From Planctomycetota bacterium (lineage in GTDB: Bacteria; Planctomycetota; UBA11346), in NCBI GenBank assembly GCA_013696105.1, contig JACCZE010000434.1, forward strand, positions 1-59,115: a stretch of 59,115 nt of DNA. Reading direction: 5' to 3'. The position numbers and the translations under genes are program-made. Shown here piece after piece: positions 27,204 to 37,634 of this stretch (within the stretch, counting starts at the first letter, position 1; every line of letters begins with the position of its first letter). The notes under the pieces were generated by a model. It saw only the letters and a list, made by a program, of their open reading frames with translations. It was not told the DNA's origin and ran no database searches.

Positions 27204-29912
27204 ATGTCCTCGCTGACCCCGACCGCCCTGCGCTGCGAATACCTGGTCGACCCGCTGGCCATCGAACGTCCCGACCCGCGCCTGAGCTGGATCTCCACTC
27301 TGGCGGAAGCATCCACGCGCGATGCCCGTCAGACCGCCTACCGCATCGTCGCGGCCGCAAACGAACCGGACCTCATCGCCGGACGCGCGCTGCTGTGGGA
27401 TTCCGGCCGGGTCCCCTCCAGCGCATCCGAGCACATCCACTACGCCGGCTCCGAGCTCGCGAGCTTCCAGCGCGTGTGCTGGCGCGTCCAGGTCTGGGAC
27501 GAGGCGGGCCAGCCCACGGCCTGGAGTCCCACCGCGCAGTGGGCCATGGGCATCCGCGCGCGCGCCGAGTGGCAGGCGCGATGGATCCACAGCCCCCTAA
27601 CGCCGCAGGGTACCAATGCGCCGTACTTCCGCCGATCGTTCCGCCTCGACAGGCCCGTGCAGGAAGCGCGGCTCTACGCCACCGCCAAGGGCATCTATCT
27701 GGGCTGGCTCAATGGTAAGCCGGTGAGCGACGAGCAGTTCGCTCCGGGATGGACCGACTACAAGCAGCGCATCCTCTACCGCTGCTACGACGTCACCGCG
27801 CTGCTCGATCCAGCGCCTGGTATCGAGCAGGTGCTCGCTGCGCAGCTCAACGATGGCTGGTACAAGGGACCGATCGGCTGGGAGGGCCTGGCCAGCCGCT
27901 GGGGAGGATTGATCGAACTGCTCATGATCCTGCGCGTCGTCCATACCGATGGTTCGGTGACGATCATCGCCAGCGATGAGAACTGGAAGACCACGAACAG
28001 CCCGATCCTGGCCTCCACCTTCCTCCGCGGCGAGACCCACGACGCCGGGCTGGAATCGCCGGGATGGGATCGTGCGGGATTCGCAGACGGCGCCTGGCAC
28101 CGCGCGAACGTCCGTTCCCTGGGCGAAGCGCCCGCGCTCGAAGCGCACCGCGGACCGCCCGTACGCCGGCTCGAGGAGCTGCGTCCGATCGACCGCTGGC
28201 AACAGCGGCCGGGGGTGTGGATCTACGACCTCGGCCAGAATGTCGCGGGCCGCGTGCGCATACGCATCACCGCGCCGGCCGGCACCACCGTGCGCATCCG
28301 CCACGGCGAGATGGTGACCCCCGCGAGAGACCTCTACGTCGACAACCTGCGCAGCGCACTGAGCACGGACCTCTACACCGCGAGGGGCGACGCGGAGGAG
28401 GTGTGGGAGCCGCGCTTCACCTTCCATGGATTCCAATACGTGGAGATCACCGGCTGGCCCGGCGATCCCGGCGCGGATGCCGTCACCGGCATCGTCATGG
28501 GCAGCGACTGCCCGCCGGCGGGCAGCTTCTCGTGTTCGCATCAACTGGTGAACCAGCTCTACGCCAACATCGTGCGCACCCAGCGCGCGAACTACTTCGA
28601 GGTCCCCACCGATTGTCCGCAGCGCGATGAGCGCATGGGATGGACAGGCGACGCCCAGGCCTACATCCGCACCGCGGTCTGCACCTACGACATCGCCGCC
28701 TTCTTCACCAAGTGGCTGCAGGACCTGCGCGATAGCCAGAGCCCCGAAGGCTGCTTCCCCAATGTGGCGCCGGCCATTCCGGGACTGGGCGAATGGATGG
28801 CCAAGGGCGATGCGGCGTGGGGCGATGCCGGCACCATCTGCCCGCTGACCCTGTGGCGCGTGTATGGTGATCGCGACCAGCTCGCCGCGATGTACCCGGC
28901 GATGGTCCGCTGGGTGGATTACCTGCACCGCACCGCGGTCCAGGATCTGCACGTGCGCTACCACCGCGATGGGCTGACCGTCTTCGGCGACTGGCTGCAG
29001 GTGGACTGCTGGACGCCCCCCGAAGTGATCATGACCGCGTTCTTCCACCACAGCACGCGATTGCTCGCCGATGCCGCAGAGATCCTGGGCAAGACCGCGG
29101 ACGCGACCCGCTACCGCGAGCTGCAGGCCAAGATCAAGCTGGCTTTCATCCGCGAATTCGTCCGTCCGGACGGCAGGGTCATCGGCAAGCGGTCCGAGCA
29201 GGAGACGCAGACCAACTACCTGCTCGCGCTGCATTTCGACCTGCTGCCCGACCAGCTGCGCGCGCCGGCGTTCGAGCGCCTGCTCGCTTGCCTCGCCGAG
29301 CGCGACTGGCACCTGTCCACCGGATTCGTCGGGCTACCGTACCTGATGCCGGTGCTCAGCGCGATGGGTCGCACGGATGTCGCCTACCGCCTGCTCACCA
29401 CCACCACCTATCCGTCGTGGCTGTATCCCATCACCCAGGGTGCGACCACCATCTGGGAACGCTGGAACGGTTGGAAGAAGGAGGAGGGCCCCGCGGATCC
29501 GAGCATGAACTCCTACAGCCACTACGCCTACGGTGCCGTCGGCGAGTGGTTGTTCACCGACCTCGCCGGCATCGACGTGCTCGAACCAGGATTCACGACC
29601 ATCCGCGTGCGACCGCGCCTGGGCGGCGGCTTCACGCACGCGGAAGCCACCCACGACTGCCAGCGCGGACGCATCCGCAGCGCCTGGCGCATCAGTGGGG
29701 ATCTCGTGCACCTCGAGGTGACGATCCCGCCAAACACCAGCGCGCGGGTATCGGTGCCCACGACCGAGGCCTCGTCGCTGCGCGAGAGCGGTGCCTCCTG
29801 GAAACGTGAAGTCGACCGCAGCGACCCGGCCTACGCGACGGTCACGGTCGGAAGCGGCACCTACGCCTTCACCGCGGCCTATCGGGCGGCTGCGGCTGGG
29901 GCACGGGGGTGA
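27204..29912 (+). CDS. GH78 alpha-L-rhamnosidase
   Basis: Track ORF 26703..29912, trimmed to MSSLTPTALRCEYLVDPLAIE (ATG at 27204). Family hallmarks are TFHGFQYVEITGWPG, DCPQRDERMGWTGDAQ and YPSWLYPITQGATTIWERWNG. Confidence 0.88.
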   Translation: MSSLTPTALRCEYLVDPLAIERPDPRLSWISTLAEASTRDARQTAYRIVAAANEPDLIAGRALLWDSGRVPSSASEHIHYAGSELASFQRVCWRVQVWDEAGQPTAWSPTAQWAMGIRARAEWQARWIHSPLTPQGTNAPYFRRSFRLDRPVQEARLYATAKGIYLGWLNGKPVSDEQFAPGWTDYKQRILYRCYDVTALLDPAPGIEQVLAAQLNDGWYKGPIGWEGLASRWGGLIELLMILRVVHTDGSVTIIASDENWKTTNSPILASTFLRGETHDAGLESPGWDRAGFADGAWHRANVRSLGEAPALEAHRGPPVRRLEELRPIDRWQQRPGVWIYDLGQNVAGRVRIRITAPAGTTVRIRHGEMVTPARDLYVDNLRSALSTDLYTARGDAEEVWEPRFTFHGFQYVEITGWPGDPGADAVTGIVMGSDCPPAGSFSCSHQLVNQLYANIVRTQRANYFEVPTDCPQRDERMGWTGDAQAYIRTAVCTYDIAAFFTKWLQDLRDSQSPEGCFPNVAPAIPGLGEWMAKGDAAWGDAGTICPLTLWRVYGDRDQLAAMYPAMVRWVDYLHRTAVQDLHVRYHRDGLTVFGDWLQVDCWTPPEVIMTAFFHHSTRLLADAAEILGKTADATRYRELQAKIKLAFIREFVRPDGRVIGKRSEQETQTNYLLALHFDLLPDQLRAPAFERLLACLAERDWHLSTGFVGLPYLMPVLSAMGRTDVAYRLLTTTTYPSWLYPITQGATTIWERWNGWKKEEGPADPSMNSYSHYAYGAVGEWLFTDLAGIDVLEPGFTTIRVRPRLGGGFTHAEATHDCQRGRIRSAWRISGDLVHLEVTIPPNTSARVSVPTTEASSLRESGASWKREVDRSDPAYATVTVGSGTYAFTAAYRAAAAGARG

Positions 29913-29987
29913 CGCCTCCGGCCGTCCCGTTCGACTTGAGGAGGAAGCGGTGGGCGGTCGAAGGCCGCCTGCCCATGATGCTGCCCC

Positions 29988-32279
29988 ATGGGCACGCCCG
30001 ACGATACATCCCGCGGATCCGGCGAGGGCGACGGTCCGCGCGTCCCGCACCGAGTATGGGGGGATTTTGAGCTGCACGAGCTCCTCGGGCGCGGGGGCAT
30101 GGGCGCGGTGTACCGCGGTCGGCAGATCAGCCTCAATCGTCCGGTGGCGATCAAGGTCCTGGGCAAGGACCTCGCCGACAAGGCGCGCTTCCGCAAGCGC
30201 TTCCTGCGTGAAGCCCGCGCGGTCGCGCAGGTGAACTCGCCGCACGTGGTGCAGATCCACTTCGCCGGGGTGCACGAAGCCCACCACTACTACGTCATGG
30301 AGCTGGTCGAGGGCGTGGATCTGGCGCGCAAGATGGCCTCGGGCCTGCGTCTGACCCTGCCCGCCGCCTTCGATCTGATGCTGCAGGCGACCCGCGGCCT
30401 GGTCGCAGCGTCGCGTCTGGGGATCGTGCACCGAGACATCAAGCCCAGCAACATGCTGATCACCGGCGACGGCGTGCTGAAGCTCAGCGACTTCGGCATC
30501 GCCAAGCTGGTGAACGAGGAACGCGTCACGGGCGAGACCGAGACCGGACTGCTGGGCAGCGCGGCGATCCTCGGGACCCCGACCTACCTCAGCCCCGAGC
30601 TCGCCACCGGCGCGCCCTGCGACCATCGGGCCGACATCTATTCGCTCGGCATCGTCTTCTACGAGCTGCTCACCGGCGTGCTGCCGTTCACCGGCAGCAA
30701 CGCTGCCGCCATCGCCTATCAGCACGCTCACCAGGCGCCGCGCGCTCCGCGTACCATCGAGCCGACGCTGCATCCGGATCTCAACGCGTTGGTGATGCGC
30801 TGCCTGGCGAAGAAGCCGTCGGACCGGTTCGACACTGCTCAAGATCTGCTGACCGCGCTCGAGGATCTGCTGCTGGATCACCGCATCACCGCGAACCCGA
30901 CCGCCCTGCGCATCCCGGCATGGACGAAGCCGGCTGCCATCGCTGCGGCGGCGCTGTTCGCTGCCGCAGGACTGGCATGGGTCGGTGCGTCGCTGATCGA
31001 CCAACGGCCGCGGTCGACACCGTCGGCCGGTGCGACCGAGATCGCGACCGACTCGCCCCTGACCCTCGAGCGGGCGATGCCGGTTGCTGCAGCCACGCCC
31101 CGCGCGCCTGCTCCCAAGCCTATCTCCCCCAGCGACCCCAGCGACCTGACCTTGACCGTCGGAGGCTTCGCCAGCGGATACGCGCGTCCGGAACCCGAGC
31201 CGGCTGCGATCGTCGTCGATGCCCCTCCCCTCGCCCCGGCCTCCGACCCGACCTCCGAGCAGCCCCGATCAGTCCCCGCGGCTGCACCGCCGATCGTTGC
31301 GAGCCAGGCCAAGCCGGTCGAAGACGGTGGCCACACGGAAGCCGCTCTCGCGCCACAGCCCGTTCTCGCGCCACCGACCGATGATGTCGCGATGGTGCCA
31401 CCAGCGACGGCCCCGATTCCGGTGAGCGCATCGCATCGCGAGGTCGGGGATCCATCCCGGCAGCCGCTGGTACTCACGCGATCGGATCCGCTCGATGCTC
31501 CGGCTTCTACCCTCGTCATCGATAACGGGCACGACGAGACATCGCTGGCGGCTGCACCCGCGCCCGGCGATTCCGCTGCGGAAGACAGCTTCGGCCGCTA
31601 CCAGGACGTCACCATCTTCGGGGTCGTGCAACGCTTCCGCTGGTGTCCACCCGGGACGTTCCTCATGGGCAGCCCGGATGACGAATCCGGGCGTGGGCGG
31701 GACGAGGACATCCACCAGGTCACGTTGACGCGCGGCTTCTGGCTCGCCGATAGCGAATGCACCCAGGCGCTGTGGGTGCGCATCCTCGAATCGTCGCCGA
31801 GCATGATCCAGGATGAGCATCATCCGGTAGAGCGCGTGTCGTGGGAAACCTGCCAGGAGTTCATCGCGCGGCTGAACGAGGTCGTTCCCGGACTGCGGGC
31901 CCGGCTTCCCAGCGAAAGCGAATGGGAGTACGCCTGCCGAGCCGGGGGTGCCGACGACGGATCGCTCGACGGCACGACCTGGCATGCGCGCAATACCGGC
32001 AAGGGCACCCAACCGGTGAAGCAGCTGCAGCCGAACCCCTGGGGATTCTACGACATCCACGGCAACGTCGCCGAATGGTGCGAAGACCGCTACGCCCCCT
32101 ATCCAAAGCCTCTGGCGGTGGATCCGATCGATCTCTCCCCGGGCGCGCACGTGCTGCGCGGCGGCTCCTACCGCGAAAGCCCCAAAGGCTGCCGCAGCGC
32201 ACATCGCGATCACGGCCGTCCGCGCTACCTGTCGGGATGCGTCGGCCTGCGGTTGGCTGCGTCCGAGCTTCCGCGCTAG
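29988..32279 (+). CDS. Ser/Thr protein kinase fused to a C-terminal formylglycine-generating-enzyme (FGE/SUMF1-like) domain
   Basis: Track ORF of 763 aa. Kinase motifs are GRGGMGAVY, AIKVL, HRDIKPSNML, DFG and SPE. A TM segment (AAIAAAALFAAAGLAWVGA) and a Pro/Ala-rich linker follow. The FGE-type motifs are FRWCPPGTFLMGSP, HPVERVSWETCQEF, RLPSESEWEYACRAG, HGNVAEWCED and RGGSY. Confidence 0.88.
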   Translation: MGTPDDTSRGSGEGDGPRVPHRVWGDFELHELLGRGGMGAVYRGRQISLNRPVAIKVLGKDLADKARFRKRFLREARAVAQVNSPHVVQIHFAGVHEAHHYYVMELVEGVDLARKMASGLRLTLPAAFDLMLQATRGLVAASRLGIVHRDIKPSNMLITGDGVLKLSDFGIAKLVNEERVTGETETGLLGSAAILGTPTYLSPELATGAPCDHRADIYSLGIVFYELLTGVLPFTGSNAAAIAYQHAHQAPRAPRTIEPTLHPDLNALVMRCLAKKPSDRFDTAQDLLTALEDLLLDHRITANPTALRIPAWTKPAAIAAAALFAAAGLAWVGASLIDQRPRSTPSAGATEIATDSPLTLERAMPVAAATPRAPAPKPISPSDPSDLTLTVGGFASGYARPEPEPAAIVVDAPPLAPASDPTSEQPRSVPAAAPPIVASQAKPVEDGGHTEAALAPQPVLAPPTDDVAMVPPATAPIPVSASHREVGDPSRQPLVLTRSDPLDAPASTLVIDNGHDETSLAAAPAPGDSAAEDSFGRYQDVTIFGVVQRFRWCPPGTFLMGSPDDESGRGRDEDIHQVTLTRGFWLADSECTQALWVRILESSPSMIQDEHHPVERVSWETCQEFIARLNEVVPGLRARLPSESEWEYACRAGGADDGSLDGTTWHARNTGKGTQPVKQLQPNPWGFYDIHGNVAEWCEDRYAPYPKPLAVDPIDLSPGAHVLRGGSYRESPKGCRSAHRDHGRPRYLSGCVGLRLAASELPR

Positions 32280-32326
32280 CACGTCACGGCGAGCATCGTG
32301 GCCCCGCCCGGTGGCACGTCCCGGGC

Positions 32327-33157
32327 TCAGAGCGGAGGAGCTTTCCCAGCGCGCAAGAGCGTGCGATAGGCGGTGGGCGGCACACCGGCGATGCGCTTGA
32401 AGGCGGCGCTGAATGCGAACGGGCTGGCATATCCCATGCGCGCGGCCAGCGACGCGACATCGACCTCCTCCAACGCCAGCATGGTGCACGCTGCGCGCAC
32501 GCGCAGATAGGCGAGATGACGCATGGGGCTGCGGCCGAGCTCATGCTGGCACAGGCGGCGGAGGTGCTCGGCGCTGACGCCGCCGATCGCCGCCAGCTCG
32601 CCCAGCGTCCAGGCGCGGCCGGGGTCGTCGTCGCACGCGCGCCAGATCGGCCACAAGCGCGACGATCCGGCGGAAAGCCGCAGGATGCGCAGGACCTGGG
32701 CGTGCAGGAGTTCCGTCCACGAGCGTAGGATCACCGCGTCGTCCGCTCCGCGCGATTCCGCCACCAGACCCTCGATCGCCGCGACCAACGGCTCGCCATC
32801 GGAGGCTATCAACACTGGAGCGGCCGCCCGCACCACGGGTCGCGCGTAGGAAACCCAGGCGATGCGCCATCCGGCGCGACCGGTCGACCGATAGGCGTGG
32901 GGCACCTCGTGCGGAGTGACGTAGACGGTTCCCGGCAGGCAGGGCGTCCAACGTCCGCCGACCAGCACCTCGCCGCTCCCGCGCACGCACGCGAGGACCT
33001 GGCTCCGCTGCGGTCGCTCGCGGACGAAGGCATAGTCCTTGGAGGCCTCCGTCACCCCTGCCATGGCGATGCCATGCACCGGAAAGGATGCCGAGCCCGC
33101 AGCCGACACCATCCGCTCACGGCTGGTTCCGATGCGCATCAACGACGGTCCGATCAT
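32327..33157 (-). CDS. AraC-family transcriptional regulator
   Basis: C-terminal 276 aa of track ORF 32327..34465, with an ATG at 33157 or 33139. It has a cupin-like N-part. The HTH reads LAAIGGVSAEHLRRLCQHELGRSP...VASLAARMGYASPFAFSAAFKR. It is divergent from the GH51 gene. Confidence 0.8.
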   Translation of the reverse strand: MIGPSLMRIGTSRERMVSAAGSASFPVHGIAMAGVTEASKDYAFVRERPQRSQVLACVRGSGEVLVGGRWTPCLPGTVYVTPHEVPHAYRSTGRAGWRIAWVSYARPVVRAAAPVLIASDGEPLVAAIEGLVAESRGADDAVILRSWTELLHAQVLRILRLSAGSSRLWPIWRACDDDPGRAWTLGELAAIGGVSAEHLRRLCQHELGRSPMRHLAYLRVRAACTMLALEEVDVASLAARMGYASPFAFSAAFKRIAGVPPTAYRTLLRAGKAPPL

Positions 33158-33325
33158 CCCACCCCACAGGGCCCGGGCGACGCCGGACAGCGCGAGCTTG
33201 GGGTCGAGGTCATACGCGCAATGCACACCGCCAACGGGGGATCCACTCGCCACGGACGTTGGCATCCCCGCGCCGGTCCGGCTATACTGGAGAAGCCCCT
33301 CCTGACGCACCCCGAACGAGGTCCC

Positions 33326-34816
33326 ATGAAAGCCACCGCCTTCGTCCATGTCGCCGATGCCATCGGGACGATCAGTCCGCTGATCTATGGGCAGTTCATC
33401 GAGCACCTGGGACGCTGCATCTACGGCGGCCTGTGGGTGGGCGAGGATTCCAAGATCCCCAACATCCGCGGCTTCCGCCGCGATGTGGTCGAGGCGGTGA
33501 AGGCCATTCGGCCTGGCATCGTGCGCTATCCCGGCGGCAACTTCGCGAGCGCCTACCATTGGGAAGACGGGGTCGGGCCGCGCGCACAGCGTCCCAGGCG
33601 CTGGGATCCCACCTGGAAATGCGAGGAATCCAACCAGGTCGGCACCGACGAGTTCATCGATTGGTGCGGGATGATCGCAGCGCAGCCCTACCTGTGCGTC
33701 AACGCCGGGAACGGCAGCGCCGAGGAAGCCGCGCGCTGGGTCGAATACTGCAACCTCGCGGGCAGCACCTCCCACGCCGCGATGCGCAGAGCCAACGGCC
33801 ACGATCGGCCGCACGGCGTCCGCTACTGGTCGATCGGCAACGAGCTCTATGGCGATTGGCAGATCGGCCACATGGCCAATGGCAAGGAGTGCGCACTGCG
33901 CACCCGGGATTTCGCCCACGCCATGTCCTGCGTCGATCCCTCGATCGAGCTGGTCGGGGTCGGCACGCGGCACGATCCGCAATGGAATTGGGACATGATC
34001 CAGGGTTCCGGCCGCTGGCTGAAGCACCTCTCGGTGCACTGCTACATCCATCTGAAGCAGCATACGCTCGCGGATCTCCTGGCCGCTCCAGAATATTTCG
34101 GGCAGATCCTCGGCCATGTCTCGGGCACCATCAGCGGTGCGCGGCGCGCGGCGAAGATCGCCCATCCGATCCGCATCGCGCTGGACGAATGGAACCTGTG
34201 GTACCATGACGTGGCATCCGACAACGATCCGGGATCGCACCTCGGTCAGAACACCTCGCTCAAGGATGCGCTGTTCACCGCGTCGGTCTTCAACGTCTTC
34301 CATCGCAATTGCGGCATCCTCTCGATGGCGAACTATGCGCTGACGGTCAACGGGCTGCCGCTGATCTACACCCATCCCGATCACGACGGGATGTTCTGCA
34401 ATCCGCAATACCTGGCATTCCAGCTCTACGCCAACCGCACCGGTGAACTGTGCGTGCGCAACCACGTGGAATGCGACGGCTACGCGAGCGAGGCCACGTC
34501 ATTCTACGGCGAGACCTGCAAGGCGAGCGTGCCCTATCTCGATCTGTCGACCAGCTATTCGCCCTCGACGAGAACGCTCTATCTGCACGCGGTGAACCGG
34601 CACGAGACGGATGCGGTCGAATGCGCGTTCGATCTGCGCGGCGCCATGCCGACGGCGGGTACCGCGCATGTGCTCGCGGGCGACGGTCCCGATGCGCGCA
34701 ACGACTTCACCCGCCCGAACGCCGTGCGGCTGGTCGAACAGCCGCTCTCCGGCGTGGGCAGCTCGTTCACCCACCGGTTCCCGCCACTATCGGCCACGGT
34801 CATCGAATTGCACTGA
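33326..34816 (+). CDS. GH51 alpha-L-arabinofuranosidase
   Basis: Track ORF 32897..34816, trimmed to MKATAFVHV (ATG at 33326). Hallmarks are IYGQFIEHLGRCIYGGLWVG, VRYPGGNFAS, YWSIGNELYGDWQIGH and ALDEWNLWY. Confidence 0.88.
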   Translation: MKATAFVHVADAIGTISPLIYGQFIEHLGRCIYGGLWVGEDSKIPNIRGFRRDVVEAVKAIRPGIVRYPGGNFASAYHWEDGVGPRAQRPRRWDPTWKCEESNQVGTDEFIDWCGMIAAQPYLCVNAGNGSAEEAARWVEYCNLAGSTSHAAMRRANGHDRPHGVRYWSIGNELYGDWQIGHMANGKECALRTRDFAHAMSCVDPSIELVGVGTRHDPQWNWDMIQGSGRWLKHLSVHCYIHLKQHTLADLLAAPEYFGQILGHVSGTISGARRAAKIAHPIRIALDEWNLWYHDVASDNDPGSHLGQNTSLKDALFTASVFNVFHRNCGILSMANYALTVNGLPLIYTHPDHDGMFCNPQYLAFQLYANRTGELCVRNHVECDGYASEATSFYGETCKASVPYLDLSTSYSPSTRTLYLHAVNRHETDAVECAFDLRGAMPTAGTAHVLAGDGPDARNDFTRPNAVRLVEQPLSGVGSSFTHRFPPLSATVIELH

Positions 34817-34897
34817 CGCGCACCTCACCCCTTGGACGGGATTCCCCGTCGGGACGGCCGCCCAGGACCAGGTCGATGCGCTGCCTCCGGCTCGATG

Positions 34898-36640
34898 TCA
34901 GGGGAGGATGCGCCAGCGCAACTCGAGCGCAGCCGGCTTACGGGCATCGATCTCGCAGGTCGCGGCGAACCATGCGTCCGCGGCTTCGCGCTGGTACAGC
35001 GGCGCGCGGTAGCTGCTGAACGGCAGGTACGGCCAGGTCGCGCGGAAGGGCGTGGAAGCCGAGAACCGCACGCTGCGGTTGTCGATCCAGCCCGATTGCA
35101 GGGCGGTGAATTCAACCGGCGCGTGCTCGTCGAGCACGACCGTCGCACCGGATTCCGAGCGCACGCGCTGCCCGAATCGGAAGGGCAGGCGCACGTTCAG
35201 CAGCAGGCGCGCCAATGGCCGTCCGCGCGGCCGGGTCCGCACTCGCAGCACGAGGTCATCCCCGCGGGGAAGGAAGGCCAGCTCAGCGCGGAAACTGCGA
35301 TAGTCGACCACCAGGGTTCCCAGACCACGACCTCTGCGCCAGCGGCCGCGGATGGGCAACGACTCGACGGGATCGGCGAACGCGCCGTCATCGCGCGACG
35401 CGGCGAAGGTACCGATCTCGGGTTGGCGTTTGGAATTCGAGCCGTCGACGACGCGCTCGGCGCGGTCGTGCCAGAGCGAGAACAGGCTCTGCCGGTCGAG
35501 GAAGAAGGGATTCCCCGGCCAGGCACGGGTGGGCAGCGCCTGGTAGCCGACCTGCCAGCGTCCGGTGCGCACGGTGCCGAAGCCGTCGCCATGCGCCTGC
35601 GCATCCGCGGGCTTCCACGCTGCCGGGGTGCGCAGGGACTCCATGCGCGCGAGCGCGTCGACGATGAAGTGGGTGAACTCGAGCGACGCGAAGGTCTTTC
35701 CGCCGCACACGCGGCTCAGCCGATCGACCAGGAAGGCGAAGTACTCCCTGCCGCGCGGGTGGTGCGGCATCACCGTCAGGCCTAACAGGTACTGCGACAA
35801 TCCATAGAAGGATTCGTGGGCTTGGACGCGTTCGTCGAAGCACTCGATCGATGAACCGTCGGGGAAGCTGAAATCGATCTGGAAGTCGACGGCGCGGCGC
35901 GCGGCGCGCTTCATCACCGCGGTCGGGAAGACCTCGGCGACCAGCCCCATGAAGTGGGCGGAGACCCGGGTGTAGACGCTGGTCGGTCCGGCATTCTCGG
36001 TCCAGTGCCCGGTGCGGTCCTGCGCCCGCGCGAACCGCTCGGCGAACGGCAGGAGCTCGGCCAGCACCGACTCGTCTTCCAGATGGCGCGCGAGCAGCGC
36101 GGTGATCGCGAGGTATCCCCAGAAGTGGTTGGTGCCGGTGTCCAAGGTGCGCGCGTCGAACACCGTGACATCGCGGTAGCGCCGCATGCGCTTGCGCAGC
36201 ACGACCAGGCAGGCCTGGTGCGACGCCGCCAGCGATCGGCGTAGACGCGGCGTGAGCAGATCGCCGGCCAAACGCACGACAGTGATCGAGGCGCGCAGAT
36301 TGCGATGCTCGAGACCACCATCGGCCGCAGGAGTCGCCAGTCGACCGGCGTCCAGCATGTAGGACAGCGATCGTTCCATGGCCGCGCAGGCGCGCGCATG
36401 GTGGAAATAGGGATTTCCGGCGAACCGGTGCGACAGGCAGTAGGCGATGCCCGCATTCACCTGCTGATCGTAGAAGACCTTGTAGGGATTGATCGCAGGC
36501 GCGATCAGGAACTCGCCCTCGGATGCCTGGCGGGGCAACGCGTAGGCGATGCCGCGGACGAGCAGCCCACGGAGGGTGCGTTCGGTGGCGCTACTGCTCA
36601 TGTCAGGCTCCTGGAGAGGTTCGGAAATCGGATCGGGCAT
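34898..36640 (-). CDS. Hypothetical polysaccharide-lyase-like protein (alpha/alpha toroid plus beta-sandwich suspected)
   Basis: Track ORF of 580 aa. The N-half is helical and carries TGTNHFWGYLAITALL; the C-half is beta-rich. This resembles the heparinase II/III-type layout, but the family was not verified. Confidence 0.4.
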   Translation of the reverse strand: MPDPISEPLQEPDMSSSATERTLRGLLVRGIAYALPRQASEGEFLIAPAINPYKVFYDQQVNAGIAYCLSHRFAGNPYFHHARACAAMERSLSYMLDAGRLATPAADGGLEHRNLRASITVVRLAGDLLTPRLRRSLAASHQACLVVLRKRMRRYRDVTVFDARTLDTGTNHFWGYLAITALLARHLEDESVLAELLPFAERFARAQDRTGHWTENAGPTSVYTRVSAHFMGLVAEVFPTAVMKRAARRAVDFQIDFSFPDGSSIECFDERVQAHESFYGLSQYLLGLTVMPHHPRGREYFAFLVDRLSRVCGGKTFASLEFTHFIVDALARMESLRTPAAWKPADAQAHGDGFGTVRTGRWQVGYQALPTRAWPGNPFFLDRQSLFSLWHDRAERVVDGSNSKRQPEIGTFAASRDDGAFADPVESLPIRGRWRRGRGLGTLVVDYRSFRAELAFLPRGDDLVLRVRTRPRGRPLARLLLNVRLPFRFGQRVRSESGATVVLDEHAPVEFTALQSGWIDNRSVRFSASTPFRATWPYLPFSSYRAPLYQREAADAWFAATCEIDARKPAALELRWRILP

Positions 36641-36737
36641 GATGCTGACCGGATGCGTACCGGGATTGTGCGCGGCGCCGATGCCGCAGAATCACCGCTG
36701 ATGCGCCCCTCGACCACCCGCGCTCGTCGGCTCCCGT

Positions 36738-37622
36738 ATGCGCGCTGAACCGCTGCTGGCGCCCTTGAGCTTCGGGATACCGACCTACTCGATGCGGCAT
36801 GGCCGCGTGCCCTGGCCCGCGGACCAGAAGTCGTTCATGCTCTACAACGACTGGGACATCTTCTGGGTCCAGCGTGGCGAGATCACCGTCGACCTGCGGG
36901 ACGGACGCACGCTGGTGGCGGGCCCAGACGAGTTCGCGGTCCTGCCACCGTTCGTCCCGGCGATCGTGCGCACCTCGAAGCCAGGGGTGATGCTGTGCTT
37001 CTGCCACTTCACCTTCCGCATGGCATCGACCCACCTGCCGCCCGCGCAGGAGGCCGGATTCCTGGGACCAGGACCCGAGGCGCTCCTGCCGCTGGAATTC
37101 TCGCGCGCGGATGCGCCCGCGGTCTGCGAAGCCTACCGCCAGCTCATCGACATCGCACCATCGACTGGCGGCAAGCCCTGGCAGGTCGAGCGGGCCCTGA
37201 TCGGCCTGGTGTCCGAGCTCGCCGACTTCGCCGTGCGCCGTGCCCGCGCGCACGGGTCGGGCATGGTACTCGAACCCCGGCGCATGGATCCGCGGCTGCA
37301 ATCCGTGCGCGATCGCATCGCATCGGACCCCACCAAGCATTGGCGCGTGTCGCAGCTCGCATCCGAGGTCGGCTTGTCGCCCAGCCGTCTGCACCGCCTC
37401 CACGACAACTTCTATGGCATCAGCCTGAAGCACCACATCATCGAAACCAGATTGCGCATGTCCCTGCAATTGCTGCGAGAGTGCCGCGACGGCAAGCGGC
37501 GCTCGGTCCGCGAGGTGAGCGAAGCCTGCGGCTTCTCGTCGCAGAACTTCTTCAGCCGTCAATTCAAATCCTTTTTCCATATCAGCCCGCTGGCGTACCG
37601 TGATGGCGACGTGCTGGCCTGA
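36738..37622 (+). CDS. AraC-family transcriptional regulator
   Basis: Track ORF of 294 aa. The C-terminal HTH pair reads VSQLASEVGLSPSRLHRLHDNFYGIS...VREVSEACGFSSQNFFSRQFK. Confidence 0.85.
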   Translation: MRAEPLLAPLSFGIPTYSMRHGRVPWPADQKSFMLYNDWDIFWVQRGEITVDLRDGRTLVAGPDEFAVLPPFVPAIVRTSKPGVMLCFCHFTFRMASTHLPPAQEAGFLGPGPEALLPLEFSRADAPAVCEAYRQLIDIAPSTGGKPWQVERALIGLVSELADFAVRRARAHGSGMVLEPRRMDPRLQSVRDRIASDPTKHWRVSQLASEVGLSPSRLHRLHDNFYGISLKHHIIETRLRMSLQLLRECRDGKRRSVREVSEACGFSSQNFFSRQFKSFFHISPLAYRDGDVLA

Positions 37623-37634
37623 GCCGGATCCGGT

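Noticed and set aside
29988-32279. The kinase-FGE domain fusion as a new architecture.
   Set aside because: Ser/Thr kinases with C-terminal FGE/SUMF1-type domains are a known recurrent architecture in PVC-group and other bacteria. It is unusual in context but not novel.
32327-34465. The 712-aa track ORF as a single large regulator gene.
   Set aside because: Only the C-terminal 276 aa (32327-33157) are AraC-like. The N-terminal 430 aa are antisense to the clearly recognisable GH51 gene and have shadow-ORF composition.
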